The position numbers were made by a program, and so were the translations under genes. DNA of 64,000 bases, taken from positions 1,984,001 to 2,048,000 of the forward strand of contig OZ244561.1 of assembly GCA_965217585.1 (NCBI GenBank), given 5' to 3'. The stretch comes from Candidatus Latescibacterota bacterium (GTDB lineage Bacteria > Latescibacterota > UBA2968 > UBA8231). The notes under the pieces are model-generated. The model saw only the letters and a program-made list of their open reading frames with translations. It was not told the DNA's origin and did no database searches. Shown piece after piece: positions 9,611-19,009 of this stretch. Numbering within the stretch: the first letter of the stretch is position 1; every line of letters starts with the position of its first letter.

Positions 9611-10394
9611 GGGACACCAGCCTCTCGCGATTGTGGCGCCAGAGCGCGTGCGCACCCGCCCACAGCACTACAGCCCAAGTTATCTGCACAGGGATGAGGT
9701 CGTGTGGATTGCCCGTGCCGGTGTAGATTCGCAGCGGTGCCGACGCCAGCGAGGCGAAGGGCAGCCACTCGAGATAGTCCCCCAGACCCCAGGGCAAGAG
9801 CGCCAGCGGCACCAGCCGACCCGACAACAGCACCGTCAATGTGGTGCGGATCCGTTGCAGCGCGTACACGCTGTGCTCCAAGAAGACCATGCACGCGGCA
9901 AAGAACAGATCCAAGGCCGTGCCCACCGCCACGCCCAGCGCCAAACTGAGTAGGAACCACAGCCCGGCCGTCCATGTCGCCGGGGCGGAGTCAACTCCCA
10001 GTAGCGGCGCAATGAGCAACAGCGGCAGCGAAAATAACAGCAGGCCGGGGATCCAGCCGCCGACCATTTCGGCCAGCATCTGCCCGTAGACCCCCATCGG
10101 CCGCAAGAAGCGGTTGGCTATATTTCCGCTCCACAGATCGTTGTCAATCTGGGTGCGGCCCGATAGCTGGTCGGCAAAAATTGCGGCGACTATGGTATAG
10201 GTCAGCACCGCCTCCAGGCTCATCCCCGCAACGACGCCTTGGCCTGCCATTATTGTGCGCCAGAGCGAGAGCAAGATCGCCACGTGGAATAGCCGCAGCG
10301 CGAAATCGCCAATCAGGCCCCAAGGCGTGTCATTGAGCGACTGTGTCGCGACGATGGCGATGGTTTTCCCGTATTTGTGCAACAGTGATATCAT
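9600..10394 (-). CDS. ABC-2 family permease (DUF990-like)
   Basis: SGNIANRFLRP, LLSGRLVPLALLP and LPF motifs, C-terminal HGG; overlaps the next permease. Confidence 0.85.
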   Translation of the reverse strand: MISLLHKYGKTIAIVATQSLNDTPWGLIGDFALRLFHVAILLSLWRTIMAGQGVVAGMSLEAVLTYTIVAAIFADQLSGRTQIDNDLWSGNIANRFLRPMGVYGQMLAEMVGGWIPGLLLFSLPLLLIAPLLGVDSAPATWTAGLWFLLSLALGVAVGTALDLFFAACMVFLEHSVYALQRIRTTLTVLLSGRLVPLALLPWGLGDYLEWLPFASLASAPLRIYTGTGNPHDLIPVQITWAVVLWAGAHALWRHNRERLVSHGG

Positions 10395-10404
10395 CGGTTA
10401 TCTC

Positions 10405-10438
10405 AAAAAAAAGACCGCGAACAACAGGCCCGCGGTCT
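10405..10438 (-). terminator. Intrinsic terminator downstream of the Gfo/Idh/MocA gene
   Basis: AGACCGCG/CGCGGTCT 8-bp stem followed on the minus strand by a U-tract (A run 10405-10412). Confidence 0.7.
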
Positions 10439-10462
10439 CTAAAAGTCATAAAAAAGCCGGCA

Positions 10463-11437
10463 TCATGTCCCCGAGATGGCGTCGATCATCTCCATCGTCT
10501 TCACCGCGTCGTCCAGACTACAGGCCGGGAACGGAAGTGCGCCTCCATCCTGGACCCATCTCAAGAACGTGCGATCCTGCTGATAAAATCCCGGGTTGTA
10601 GCGGCGATCGATGTCATCCCCTTCGACGTTCTCCGGCTGTCCGCCCCTGCGTCTCAAGGTTGCGGCTGGCCCAAGAGCGGACGTGAAGGTAACCCCATTG
10701 CCGCGCACTTCTACGCGGTGCCCTCCCGGAGCGAACCAGTCCATAGAGGCACGCCCGACAGCCCCGCCGGCGAAGGTCAACAGCGCCGAACAGCAGTCCG
10801 GCATGGGACCTTCCACAGTATGGTGCATCGGCTGGACGCTCACCACGTCACCGCCGAAGAATCGCAGCAGGTCCAGGGCGTGGATGCCGTTTGCCACGCT
10901 CCAGCGTTTCAGGACCTCTTGCGGAAATTTCGGGTTTTCCCGGACCCGCTGGATATCTTCGTGGGCGTCCACGGTGACGCTTTGTACCGGCCCGGATTCG
11001 AGGATCAGCTCCCTGCCCTTGAGAAGCGTGGAATAGAACCGCCGGTTCACGCCCACCATCGCAGGTGTACCCACCGCTCGCGCCAAATCGGCCAGCGCAC
11101 GGGTCTGGGACGTATAGAGGCCAGGAGGCTTTTCCAGAAAGGTCGGGATACCGGACCGAATGAAGTCTGCGGCAACTGCGGCGACCTGGAGGACACTCAC
11201 GAGAACGAAAACGGCGTCGGGCCGATTCCCTTCCAGCAGGCTCTCGTGCGAATTCAGGCGATTCGACACGCCGAACCGCGCTCCTGTCTCTTCCAGAACG
11301 CGAGGGTTGCTGTCCACAAGCGTCGTCACACACCCCTCGCGAAGGTCGGTGAGCACTTTTAGGTGCCTCTGGGCTATGTTTCCGGCTCCGACTACCGCAA
11401 TGTTCAGCATTTCGTCCTGTTCCATGTAGCCTTGCAC
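10463..11437 (-). CDS. Gfo/Idh/MocA family oxidoreductase
   Basis: VVGAGNIAQRH, LEKPPG, NRRF and IHALDLLRF motifs. True start may lie slightly downstream. Confidence 0.9.
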   Translation of the reverse strand: MQGYMEQDEMLNIAVVGAGNIAQRHLKVLTDLREGCVTTLVDSNPRVLEETGARFGVSNRLNSHESLLEGNRPDAVFVLVSVLQVAAVAADFIRSGIPTFLEKPPGLYTSQTRALADLARAVGTPAMVGVNRRFYSTLLKGRELILESGPVQSVTVDAHEDIQRVRENPKFPQEVLKRWSVANGIHALDLLRFFGGDVVSVQPMHHTVEGPMPDCCSALLTFAGGAVGRASMDWFAPGGHRVEVRGNGVTFTSALGPAATLRRRGGQPENVEGDDIDRRYNPGFYQQDRTFLRWVQDGGALPFPACSLDDAVKTMEMIDAISGT

Positions 11438-11468
11438 GCCTTGAAGTAACGAATCTGTGCCTTTGGGC

Positions 11469-12914
11469 TCAGATCCCTCGTTTCGAGCCCGTCGGCAAGG
11501 GGTGGTACTTCACCTCGACTTCCACGTCTGTGACCTTCAGCGGACTCACCAAATCGTCCGGTCGCTCCACCAGCGCAATCTCCAAGCGGTTCGCCCCCTG
11601 CTGTGGCCGCACCCGCTGCAAGTCGAAAATCAGCCATATGCCCTGATACGGGACGACCTTATAGCCGTACTCGCGGCGGCAGATCTCCCCTTGCAGCGAC
11701 TGGCCGTTGAGCGCGATTTCCAAGCGGTCGTCCGAGACCAGATCGACGATCCTGATCCGCAAGAGCACCTGACTGACGCGGCCTTCTTGCGCGTCGTCGG
11801 CCAAGTAAAAGGGAATGGTATGCTGTGCACGGTCGTCGACCGCGATCTCCACCGGCAGCGCCACCGAATACTGATTTTCCGTATCCGCTGACCGCCGCGC
11901 CAGCACGTAGTGCTTGTCCTTCTCCTGCATCAGATCCCGACTGCCCAGTTCGCTCAGCGCGCTGCGCTCCTGGTCTCCTAAGGGCCAGGGCATAAACCAC
12001 GCGTACAGCCCGTCACAGCCCCGGTCTAACAGACTCGTCGCCGCCGCCCGCAGCTGGGCAGGAGAAGGACAAACCCGCTCGGCCCCAACCGACTCATCAG
12101 ATACATAGGGCTGCAAGGTGCCATAGACCGCTGCATCGGCCGCGTGCGCGGCTTCGACCAACCAATCTATCGGCATGTCCCCATCGAGGATCATATAGCC
12201 GTAGCGGATCGGCACCAAGAAATCCACCAACCCGCGCTCTAGCCAAGTCCGCACGTCCAAGCCCTGCGCCAGGTTCATTTCCTCGGTGGGCAAAACCCGC
12301 GCTCCGATCGCGCCCGACCGCTGCCCGCGCACTCGCTCGGCGAGCTGCTCTACGTAATCGGTCAAAATGGGCGTCGTCGCCTTCACATCCTCTTCCCGCA
12401 AAATGCGCGGGCCCCCACCCGGCAGGGCAAAGTCCAGCTCAACGCCATCGGTTTCGTACTCGGTCGCCAGCTCCTCGACGACTTGCAATATGTGCGCCCG
12501 CACCTCCGCGTGCGCCAGCCCGCCACCGCCGTCGGCCAGCTTGTGGGCCGGATCCATATTCCCGTAGGCGGCCATCCGCAAGCTGGCCCAGAAGTCCATG
12601 TTGTGGTCGTGTGCCCGGTCGATGAGCACCGTCAGCGGGTCGAGCCCGCGCTCGATCAGGCTCTGCATGTTGTGCCAAGTGCGCCAATAGGCGGCCTGCT
12701 CAAAGGGCTGAATATCCGCTCCGAACATCATCCCCACCCGCGATGGATAAAAAAGCCCGTCGCCGCGTTCGACTCCGTAGGCAAAAGTATCCACCCCCGT
12801 GCCTGAGACCTCGTCTATGGGTACCCAAGCGTCTTCGAGCGCCATCGGCGGCTCAAAGGCAAAAAGATAGTAGTGCCGGGCGTCGTTAAAGTAGATGGTA
12901 CGCTGCTGTCGCAT
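11469..12914 (-). CDS. GHL10-like TIM-barrel putative glycoside hydrolase with a C-terminal beta-sandwich
   Basis: YFNDARH, FYPSRVG, WASLRM, YETDGVELDF and GLDVRTWLERGLVD motifs. GAGGAGG RBS. Confidence 0.6.
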   Translation of the reverse strand: MRQQRTIYFNDARHYYLFAFEPPMALEDAWVPIDEVSGTGVDTFAYGVERGDGLFYPSRVGMMFGADIQPFEQAAYWRTWHNMQSLIERGLDPLTVLIDRAHDHNMDFWASLRMAAYGNMDPAHKLADGGGGLAHAEVRAHILQVVEELATEYETDGVELDFALPGGGPRILREEDVKATTPILTDYVEQLAERVRGQRSGAIGARVLPTEEMNLAQGLDVRTWLERGLVDFLVPIRYGYMILDGDMPIDWLVEAAHAADAAVYGTLQPYVSDESVGAERVCPSPAQLRAAATSLLDRGCDGLYAWFMPWPLGDQERSALSELGSRDLMQEKDKHYVLARRSADTENQYSVALPVEIAVDDRAQHTIPFYLADDAQEGRVSQVLLRIRIVDLVSDDRLEIALNGQSLQGEICRREYGYKVVPYQGIWLIFDLQRVRPQQGANRLEIALVERPDDLVSPLKVTDVEVEVKYHPLPTGSKRGI

Positions 12915-13217
12915 GGCGTGTCCTCCTCATTTTAAGGGGAATTATATACCTGAGTGCCCAAAAACCCTGTTCGCGGCTAATAAGCATTAATTATCAACTA
13001 TTGACAATTGGAGGGGTAAAAAGAAAACCTTGACGATGTGAAGGGGCTGTACGTTAATGAGAATGCCCCTTGCACTTCCCCAGCGGAGGTGGATCGCCTC
13101 CGTGGTCCACGCGACCGAGAGTACGTGTTCGTCGGAGAACATTATAGACTCCTCTGGAGCTCAATTTGGACGGACTATGCTCGGATTGTCCTGATGAACT
13201 GGGATTGAATTAATCGC

Positions 13218-14033
13218 ATGAAGATCGCTGCCTATCAGGCCCCACTGCTCGAGAATGGCTCAATGGAAGCAATTGAGCTATTGCGGACACAAATAGATGC
13301 ATGTGAAGACAAGGGCGTCGAGATACTGTGCTGTCCAGAGGCGGTTCTTGGCGGTCTAGCAGATTACTCCGACAGGCCGGCCGAACTGGCATTCAATACC
13401 GAAAATGGTCAATTAGAAGAGTTTCTTGCGCCTCTCACCAGCAAAACAGTGAGTACGATTATTGGCTTTACCGAGTCGGCAAACTCAGGACTATACAATA
13501 CAGCTATTATTTTTCACCGCGGTAAGGTATTCGGTCGATATCGAAAGGCATATCCGGCGATTCGCAACTCGATCTATAATGCAGGTGACGAACTGCCAAC
13601 GTTTACGCTCGGATCGTTGACATTTGGCATCATCATCTACAATGACACCAATTATATCGAGCCAGCCCGAGTCATGGCAGCCAAAGGGGCGACTGTTCTT
13701 TTTGTTCCCACGAACAACTGCTTGCCGCTTAACAAGGCCGATGTAGTAACTAGGGCTAGAAGCGCTCAGATCGCACGGGCAGTCGAGAATGGCTTGACCG
13801 TGATAGCGGCTGACGTCGCGGGGCACCAAGACGGATTTGTTTCCTACGGATCGACCAATATCATTGATCCCAATGGAGCGGTGATTGCTTCGTCGAAGCC
13901 GTTTGTTGAGGATTTGCTCATCGCGGACATTGAACCGGGAGCTGACCAAGAAAGGCGCGGATGGGACTCGTCGAAGAATCCAGCGATTGTCAGAGCATTT
14001 CTCGAAGAGTGTTACCCTGAAAGTAGTTTATAA
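13218..14033 (+). CDS. Carbon-nitrogen hydrolase (nitrilase superfamily), catalytic Cys apparently replaced by Tyr
   Basis: CCPE, YNTA, YRK and ARAVENG motifs; GIIIYND where GxxICxD is expected. Confidence 0.85.
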   Translation: MKIAAYQAPLLENGSMEAIELLRTQIDACEDKGVEILCCPEAVLGGLADYSDRPAELAFNTENGQLEEFLAPLTSKTVSTIIGFTESANSGLYNTAIIFHRGKVFGRYRKAYPAIRNSIYNAGDELPTFTLGSLTFGIIIYNDTNYIEPARVMAAKGATVLFVPTNNCLPLNKADVVTRARSAQIARAVENGLTVIAADVAGHQDGFVSYGSTNIIDPNGAVIASSKPFVEDLLIADIEPGADQERRGWDSSKNPAIVRAFLEECYPESSL

Positions 14034-14104
14034 GATCTGGATGCCTTCGACTGAATGCGATAAGGATTAGACTTCAACGAAGCCAAGGACTAAAGAAAGA
14101 GTAT

Positions 14105-14521
14105 ATGAGCGGAAAATTCTACATAGCTGCACCCTACAATACCCGCGAGGGGAGTCTGCACAAGGTACGCGAAATTGAAAGACTGAGCGGCTGGACTTGT
14201 AATGCACGTTGGGTCCTTGGTCTGAACGATGGTAAAGAGCCAGACCTATGTGCTCGCGATGACTACAATGACTTAAGAGACGCAGATGCTTTGGTCCTAT
14301 TGAACGGAGTATCGTCAACGGGCGGTATGTGGGTTGAGTTGGGCATGGCGATCGCACTCGGCAAGAAAATCATTTTTGTCAGAGAGAACGCGAACCTTCT
14401 GACTAAGCCACCGGTGTTCTGCTCTCTGCCAGAAGTGATATGGGTTAGAAATCACCAGACTGCCGCTGGGCATCTACGGCGACGCGCCTTTCGCGACGCT
14501 GAGCTTGGAGGGCCTGCTTAA
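14105..14521 (+). CDS. Nucleoside 2-deoxyribosyltransferase-like (NDT/Rcl fold) protein
   Basis: FYIAAPY, D...L.DADALV and STGGMWVELGMAIALGKKI motifs. Confidence 0.7.
   Translation: MSGKFYIAAPYNTREGSLHKVREIERLSGWTCNARWVLGLNDGKEPDLCARDDYNDLRDADALVLLNGVSSTGGMWVELGMAIALGKKIIFVRENANLLTKPPVFCSLPEVIWVRNHQTAAGHLRRRAFRDAELGGPA
14480..14517 (+). repeat. 38-bp direct repeat, orphan copy of an internal 5'-nucleotidase segment
   Basis: 35/38 identical to 17080-17117. Confidence 0.85.
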
Positions 14522-14667
14522 TTCCGGGTTCGGTCTCACAAGGGGCTCAAAGGGCCTAAGAACGGGGGCGTCTCTCCTCGGAAATTACCCGAACCAATTG
14601 TTCGGGGTACAAGCAGTTGTGCGCCATGCCAAATTATGACGACATATTCTGAAATAGAGGAAGTACT

Positions 14668-15123
14668 ATGCCATCGAATGCTCCAACGTATGAAGGAAAC
14701 TGTCTCTGCGGTCATGTAAGAATACAGGTGGAAGGTTCGCCTATTAAAGCTGGGTATTGCCATTGTAAGACATGCCGAACATGGCATGCGGCACCCATTA
14801 ATGCCTACTCAGTGTGGCCGAACGAAGCCGTTCGCATTACGCAAGGCGAAGATTTGATTGTGAACTATCAGAGTGGAAGTAGTAATCGACATTGGTGTCG
14901 GCACTGTGGATCGGGTTTGATGAACCGTATAAGGAACGAGAGGACGGTGGTGTATGCTATGGTACTGGCCGAATCGGGCTACGTCCATGAAGCAGACTGC
15001 CATATCAACTGCGATGAAGCCGTGTTGGATCTGCAGGACGGGATTCCCAAATATGTGGGGTGGCCGGATTCCGAGCCCATGGAAGAACCACTGCAGACCC
15101 GGATGCGACCCTCCACTACCTAA
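14668..15123 (+). CDS. GFA/CENP-V family zinc-binding protein
   Basis: GNCLCG, CHCKTCR and RHWCRHCGS motifs. Confidence 0.9.
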   Translation: MPSNAPTYEGNCLCGHVRIQVEGSPIKAGYCHCKTCRTWHAAPINAYSVWPNEAVRITQGEDLIVNYQSGSSNRHWCRHCGSGLMNRIRNERTVVYAMVLAESGYVHEADCHINCDEAVLDLQDGIPKYVGWPDSEPMEEPLQTRMRPSTT

Positions 15124-15177
15124 GTTAGGGGCACCCAAGAACGTTAACCGCCATCCCCAAACCACCCATACCCATCC

Positions 15178-15507
15178 ATGTCCGAATTCATCACTTTCAA
15201 ACGTTGGGCCCTAAGAGACGGGCGACAAGAGTCGGAACTAGTCAACCTCGTCCGTGAGGAGATCATTCCTCACTTTGAGAAACTGCCAGGCTGCCTTAAG
15301 CTGGGATTGCTGCATATTGCGGGTACTCGGTCTTATGTTGCTCTCCAACATTGGAAAAATCGCGACACTTGGCACGCAACTATCGAGTCCGACTACTACG
15401 AATCTTGGTATGAAGCGTATACGCCAACGCTTGAGCGCTGGGACAAGCTCATGATCTTCGAAGAAGAATGGCAAAGTAAAGACCTATTGGGCACAGGGAG
15501 CATTTGA
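15178..15507 (+). CDS. Dimeric alpha+beta barrel (ABM-like) small protein
   Basis: 109 aa; EIIPHFEKLPGC..L, YVALQHW pattern. Confidence 0.55.
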   Translation: MSEFITFKRWALRDGRQESELVNLVREEIIPHFEKLPGCLKLGLLHIAGTRSYVALQHWKNRDTWHATIESDYYESWYEAYTPTLERWDKLMIFEEEWQSKDLLGTGSI

Positions 15508-15641
15508 AGGAGTTCTATGGGACAATTGGCTTTGTAGAACTTGATCCGGCAGATGCTCCGTATCTCCTTCAAGAAAGGCTGGAGCATTATAGGACAATGG
15601 GACTTGATTCAATAATCATGGCGAGGACGGGATGGGGATAG
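15501..15641 (+). pseudogene. 3' remnant of a GNAT acetyltransferase
   Basis: Start-less frame HLKEFYGTIGFVELDPADAPYLLQERLEHYRTMGLDSIIMAR with the GNAT motif FYxxxGF. Confidence 0.55.
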
Positions 15642-15687
15642 AGTTTCCAACTCATCATCGTCGCTGCTCAGCATTGGAGGCCAACAA

Positions 15688-16500
15688 TTGACAAGTAGGT
15701 CGCGTGCGCTTGTCGAGGTCCATGTTGCGGCCCTCCTGTATGGATTCATCGGCCCCTTCGGAAAGGCAGTCGATCTCAACCCGCACCAAATCGTCTTTTG
15801 GAGGACGTCTCTGGCAGCAGTCGTTCTACTGGTTATTGCGAGGCGGCTCAAGAGCCACACTCTAGTCAAGAACTGGGCCGACCTGGCTACTTTTACGGCG
15901 ATCGCTGGATTGCTTGCTGTTCATTGGGTGCTCTTCTTCAAGTCAATAAAGGTCTCAACCGTCGCAATTGGCCTAGTGACGACGTACACCTATCCAGTAC
16001 TCATGGTATTTCTCGAGAGCTGGTTCTTCAACCTCAGGCTCAAAGCTCTCGATTTCGTAAGTGCCGTTGCGGTCTTGGTGGGTATTTACTATCTGACACC
16101 CGAGTTTGATTTGTCGGATGCGACTTTCCAAGGGGTTATCTACGGGGTTGCCGCTGGAGCAATGATCCCATTCATGCTTTACGATGGAAGTCTCTTCCAC
16201 ATGCCAAGTTCTAGGGATCTCTTGCTCCTAGTGGTGCTTGGAGTGGTACTAACTGGTTTCGCAAGGGTACTTTTTGTCAACAGCCAGCGACACCTCTCCG
16301 GCAAAGTTGTTGGGATCACCTTGGTGCTTGAGGTAGTTTATGGTGTGATTCTCGCACTGATTTTCTTGGCTGCTGTTCCATCGAAGAGGGAAATCATCGG
16401 CGGCCTGATAATAGTGTCCGTTGCTTTGTTTGAGAGTCTAAGGTCTCGAAGGCATGAAACTGCAGGCAAGGATATCGGTGAGTCAGAAAGCGATATTTGA
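15688..16500 (+). CDS. EamA/DMT family transporter, probably with an in-frame internal deletion
   Basis: IVFWRT, HWVLFFKSIKVSTVAIG, YP and LEVVYG motifs. The second repeat looks short by about one helix. Confidence 0.8.
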   Translation: MTSRSRALVEVHVAALLYGFIGPFGKAVDLNPHQIVFWRTSLAAVVLLVIARRLKSHTLVKNWADLATFTAIAGLLAVHWVLFFKSIKVSTVAIGLVTTYTYPVLMVFLESWFFNLRLKALDFVSAVAVLVGIYYLTPEFDLSDATFQGVIYGVAAGAMIPFMLYDGSLFHMPSSRDLLLLVVLGVVLTGFARVLFVNSQRHLSGKVVGITLVLEVVYGVILALIFLAAVPSKREIIGGLIIVSVALFESLRSRRHETAGKDIGESESDI

Positions 16501-16624
16501 GCCCATATACACCGAGAGGCTGGCATATCCTATAACACCATGCCCCCGACTGCGGAGCATTCTCGCCTCCGACCCAATCTAGCTTCGCTACAAACTTCGA
16601 CAGTCCACGACGATCGGAGAATCA

Positions 16625-18022
16625 ATGGAACGTACATCAAGAGCGTCTTTCTGGCCGCAGGCTTGGCAGTTGTCCCTTCCTGTAGTATTAGCTCTGCTCT
16701 GCCTGCGGGCCGTCCCCGCCGTCTCGGCCATCGATACCCTCGTCGTCCTGCACACGAACGACTTTCACGGCTATATCTCGCCCGACGGCGACCGCGCCGC
16801 CGGACTGGCCCGCATCGCCACGTACTTCAACCGCGAACGCGCCCGCTCCTCAAAGGTGCTAGCTCTCGATGCCGGCGACTGCGTATCCGGCACGCCCGTC
16901 TCAATCCTCTTTCAGGGACGACCGATCTTTGCCGTGATGACAGCCGTCGGATACGACGCCGTCGTGCTCGGCAACCACGAGTTTGACTATGGTTGGCGCG
17001 AGATCCTCGCCTACCGCGATATCGCCGACTTTCCTCTACTGAGCGCGAACGCGCGTGGCCCTGCAGGCGAACTGATCGCCGACGCGCCCTTCGCGACGCT
17101 GAGCTTGGAAGACCTGCGCGTCGGCATCGTCGGCGTCACGACGGAGAGAACCAGAGAAATCACCACGGCGAAGGGCAACGAAGGGGTGACTTTCGACGGG
17201 GAGATCGCGTCCGTCCGTTCGGCCGTTGACTCGATCAAAGCCCACGTTGACATCGTCATCCTCCTGTCCCACGCCGGCCACAGTGCTGATAGCACCTTGG
17301 CTGAAGCGGTAGGCGACATTGACCTCATTGTCAGCGGGCACAGCCACACGGTCCTCGATCAGCCTCAGATCGTAAGAGGGACCCCGATCGTTCGCGCCGG
17401 TGCTTATACATCGCACGTCGGCCACGTCCAATTGCTCTACGATCATGATGCGGGACAGGTGACAAAAGCCAAGGGGTTTGTCGTACCCGCTGCTCAACTT
17501 CCGCCGCCAGACCCCAAGGTAGCTGCTGTCGTAGCAAAATGGGAAGATCGCGTCTCCCAACTGGTCGACGTCACCATCGGACACACCGAGCGAGACTGGA
17601 GTGAGGAGGAGATGTATATGCTCGTAGAGCACATCTTGGCGACTCGGTCCGGCTCGGACATTGGCTTCTACAACAAAGGGGGCGTGAGAAATCGCTTGTA
17701 TCAGGGCACAATTACGGCCCGTCACATCTGGAACATCCATCCCTTCGGCAATCAACTCGCCATCGTGCAGATTCTCGGCAAGGACATCGGCGGCAAACTG
17801 TCGGAGCGACTAACCGCTACGGGCACGGCGATTGATCCCGATAATCTCTATACGGTGGCGACGAATTCCTTCGTCGTCGAGCCATCTCGGCGCGAGTTAT
17901 TGATCGGGACTGCTAAGTCGGTATGGATAGAAGAGGTTCTGATCCGCGACGTCGTTATTAACTACATCAAAGAGGGCGGTCCCATCGACGCGCTGTTGAC
18001 GCCGACCACAATGGAAGAGTGA
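16625..18022 (+). CDS. Bifunctional UDP-sugar hydrolase/5'-nucleotidase (exported metallophosphoesterase)
   Basis: LHTNDFHG, DAGD, GNHEFDYG, LSH, SGHSH, NKGGVR and PFGN motifs; signal peptide. Confidence 0.92.
   Translation: MERTSRASFWPQAWQLSLPVVLALLCLRAVPAVSAIDTLVVLHTNDFHGYISPDGDRAAGLARIATYFNRERARSSKVLALDAGDCVSGTPVSILFQGRPIFAVMTAVGYDAVVLGNHEFDYGWREILAYRDIADFPLLSANARGPAGELIADAPFATLSLEDLRVGIVGVTTERTREITTAKGNEGVTFDGEIASVRSAVDSIKAHVDIVILLSHAGHSADSTLAEAVGDIDLIVSGHSHTVLDQPQIVRGTPIVRAGAYTSHVGHVQLLYDHDAGQVTKAKGFVVPAAQLPPPDPKVAAVVAKWEDRVSQLVDVTIGHTERDWSEEEMYMLVEHILATRSGSDIGFYNKGGVRNRLYQGTITARHIWNIHPFGNQLAIVQILGKDIGGKLSERLTATGTAIDPDNLYTVATNSFVVEPSRRELLIGTAKSVWIEEVLIRDVVINYIKEGGPIDALLTPTTMEE
17080..17117 (+). 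repeat. 38-bp direct repeat, in-gene copy
   Basis: Matches 14480-14517, offset 2600 bp. Confidence 0.85.
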
Positions 18023-18080
18023 TCGGCGGGCCGCCTGAAGGGTCGAGTGGCGCGACGAGATTTCTGTAGGCGATAGAGTC

Positions 18081-18348
18081 CGCGTATAAATGCTTCCAGC
18101 GAGGCTGCCTCGTCAGGGAATGGGCGATCGAGACGGAGGCGGTTGGAACTCAAGTCTCATCTAACCCCTCGTGGGCGTAGTGCCAGTCCTCCAAGTGGTT
18201 GAGCAGCACGAGATTGGCGTAGATCGAAGGCCCGACGACCGTTGCCGACGAGAGCGGGTCTGAATCTTGGACGACGCGGATATATGCTTTTAGCGAGGCG
18301 ACCGCCTCAGGGAATGGAGGATCGAGGACAAGGCGGTTACTGTTCAAG
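18081..18348 (-). pseudogene. Two diverged 5' remnants of the same gene (possibly an AddB/PD-(D/E)XK-like N-terminus) around an orphan DUF5069 3' end
   Basis: 18081-18154 vs 18275-18348 are 55/74 identical (SNRLRLDRPFPDEAASLEAFIR vs SNRLVLDPPFPEAVASLKAYIR). The continuation DPLSSATVVGPSIYANL recalls the DPLxPVTVxxPS motif. Confidence 0.5.
18163..18209 (-). repeat. 47-bp direct repeat, orphan 3' end of the DUF5069-like gene
   Basis: 43/47 identical to 19529-19575; reads VLLNHLEDWHYAHEG. Confidence 0.9.
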
Positions 18349-18370
18349 GAGCTATACCTATACTACAATA

Positions 18371-19009
18371 CTACATTTTGCCCGGCTGTTGGTGTCGTGT
18401 AGTTTGGGCTAAGGTACGTCCCCAAGCTTGTGCGGCTAATGGCACAGTATTACTCCCAGGGGCATCCAAGGCAATATGCTGCGACAGAGACTGGATACTG
18501 AGGTGGATCGCCCTACGACTCCGATGGTATAGGGCCTGAACCAACAGGGCGCATAGCTTATACGCTACGTACAGTATCAGAATGGGAGCACCGGTTGTGA
18601 TGTGCCAAAATACCGATAGCATCATGCGTTGATAAATGCCCTGAACGAACTCCCTATATTCTTCGTTGTGCAAGGCCGCCAATTGATCGTCCAAATCATC
18701 AGCAAAAGGCCGTTCTTCTCGCGGGTATTTCTTTAATCCCCAATATGCCGCCAGTACTCCCCAAACACTCACCCGATGGCCGTGACGCAATAACCCATTG
18801 AGAGTTTGACGCATCGTCACATACGAGGGAGTATCTAAGGGAACGCCCATACTGTAGGTCTTTATGAGAAGAGAATCTCGCAACACGAATAGCTTGTGTC
18901 GCAGTAGGTCGATCCGAAATTTGCGGTATCCCCAAAAGTAGATTGTCCACCCAATTAATACGTAAATCACCAGCCTGATACCGGCGATCATTTCCATTTC
19001 GGCAGTCAT
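18371..19009 (-). CDS. Hypothetical membrane protein (AT-rich)
   Basis: 212 aa with an N-terminal TM, a helical middle (DLLRHKLFVLRD...YVTMRQTLNGLLRHGH) and a second TM. Start overlaps the upstream stop (ATGA). Confidence 0.7.
   Translation of the reverse strand: MTAEMEMIAGIRLVIYVLIGWTIYFWGYRKFRIDLLRHKLFVLRDSLLIKTYSMGVPLDTPSYVTMRQTLNGLLRHGHRVSVWGVLAAYWGLKKYPREERPFADDLDDQLAALHNEEYREFVQGIYQRMMLSVFWHITTGAPILILYVAYKLCALLVQALYHRSRRAIHLSIQSLSQHIALDAPGSNTVPLAAQAWGRTLAQTTRHQQPGKM

Noticed and set aside
13020-16620. Intact integron or CALIN array
   Set aside because: No intI gene, and I could not pair RYYYAAC/GTTRRRY boxes into convincing attC sites. Only suggestive fragments exist (e.g. near 14616 and 15143); a covariance-model search is needed.
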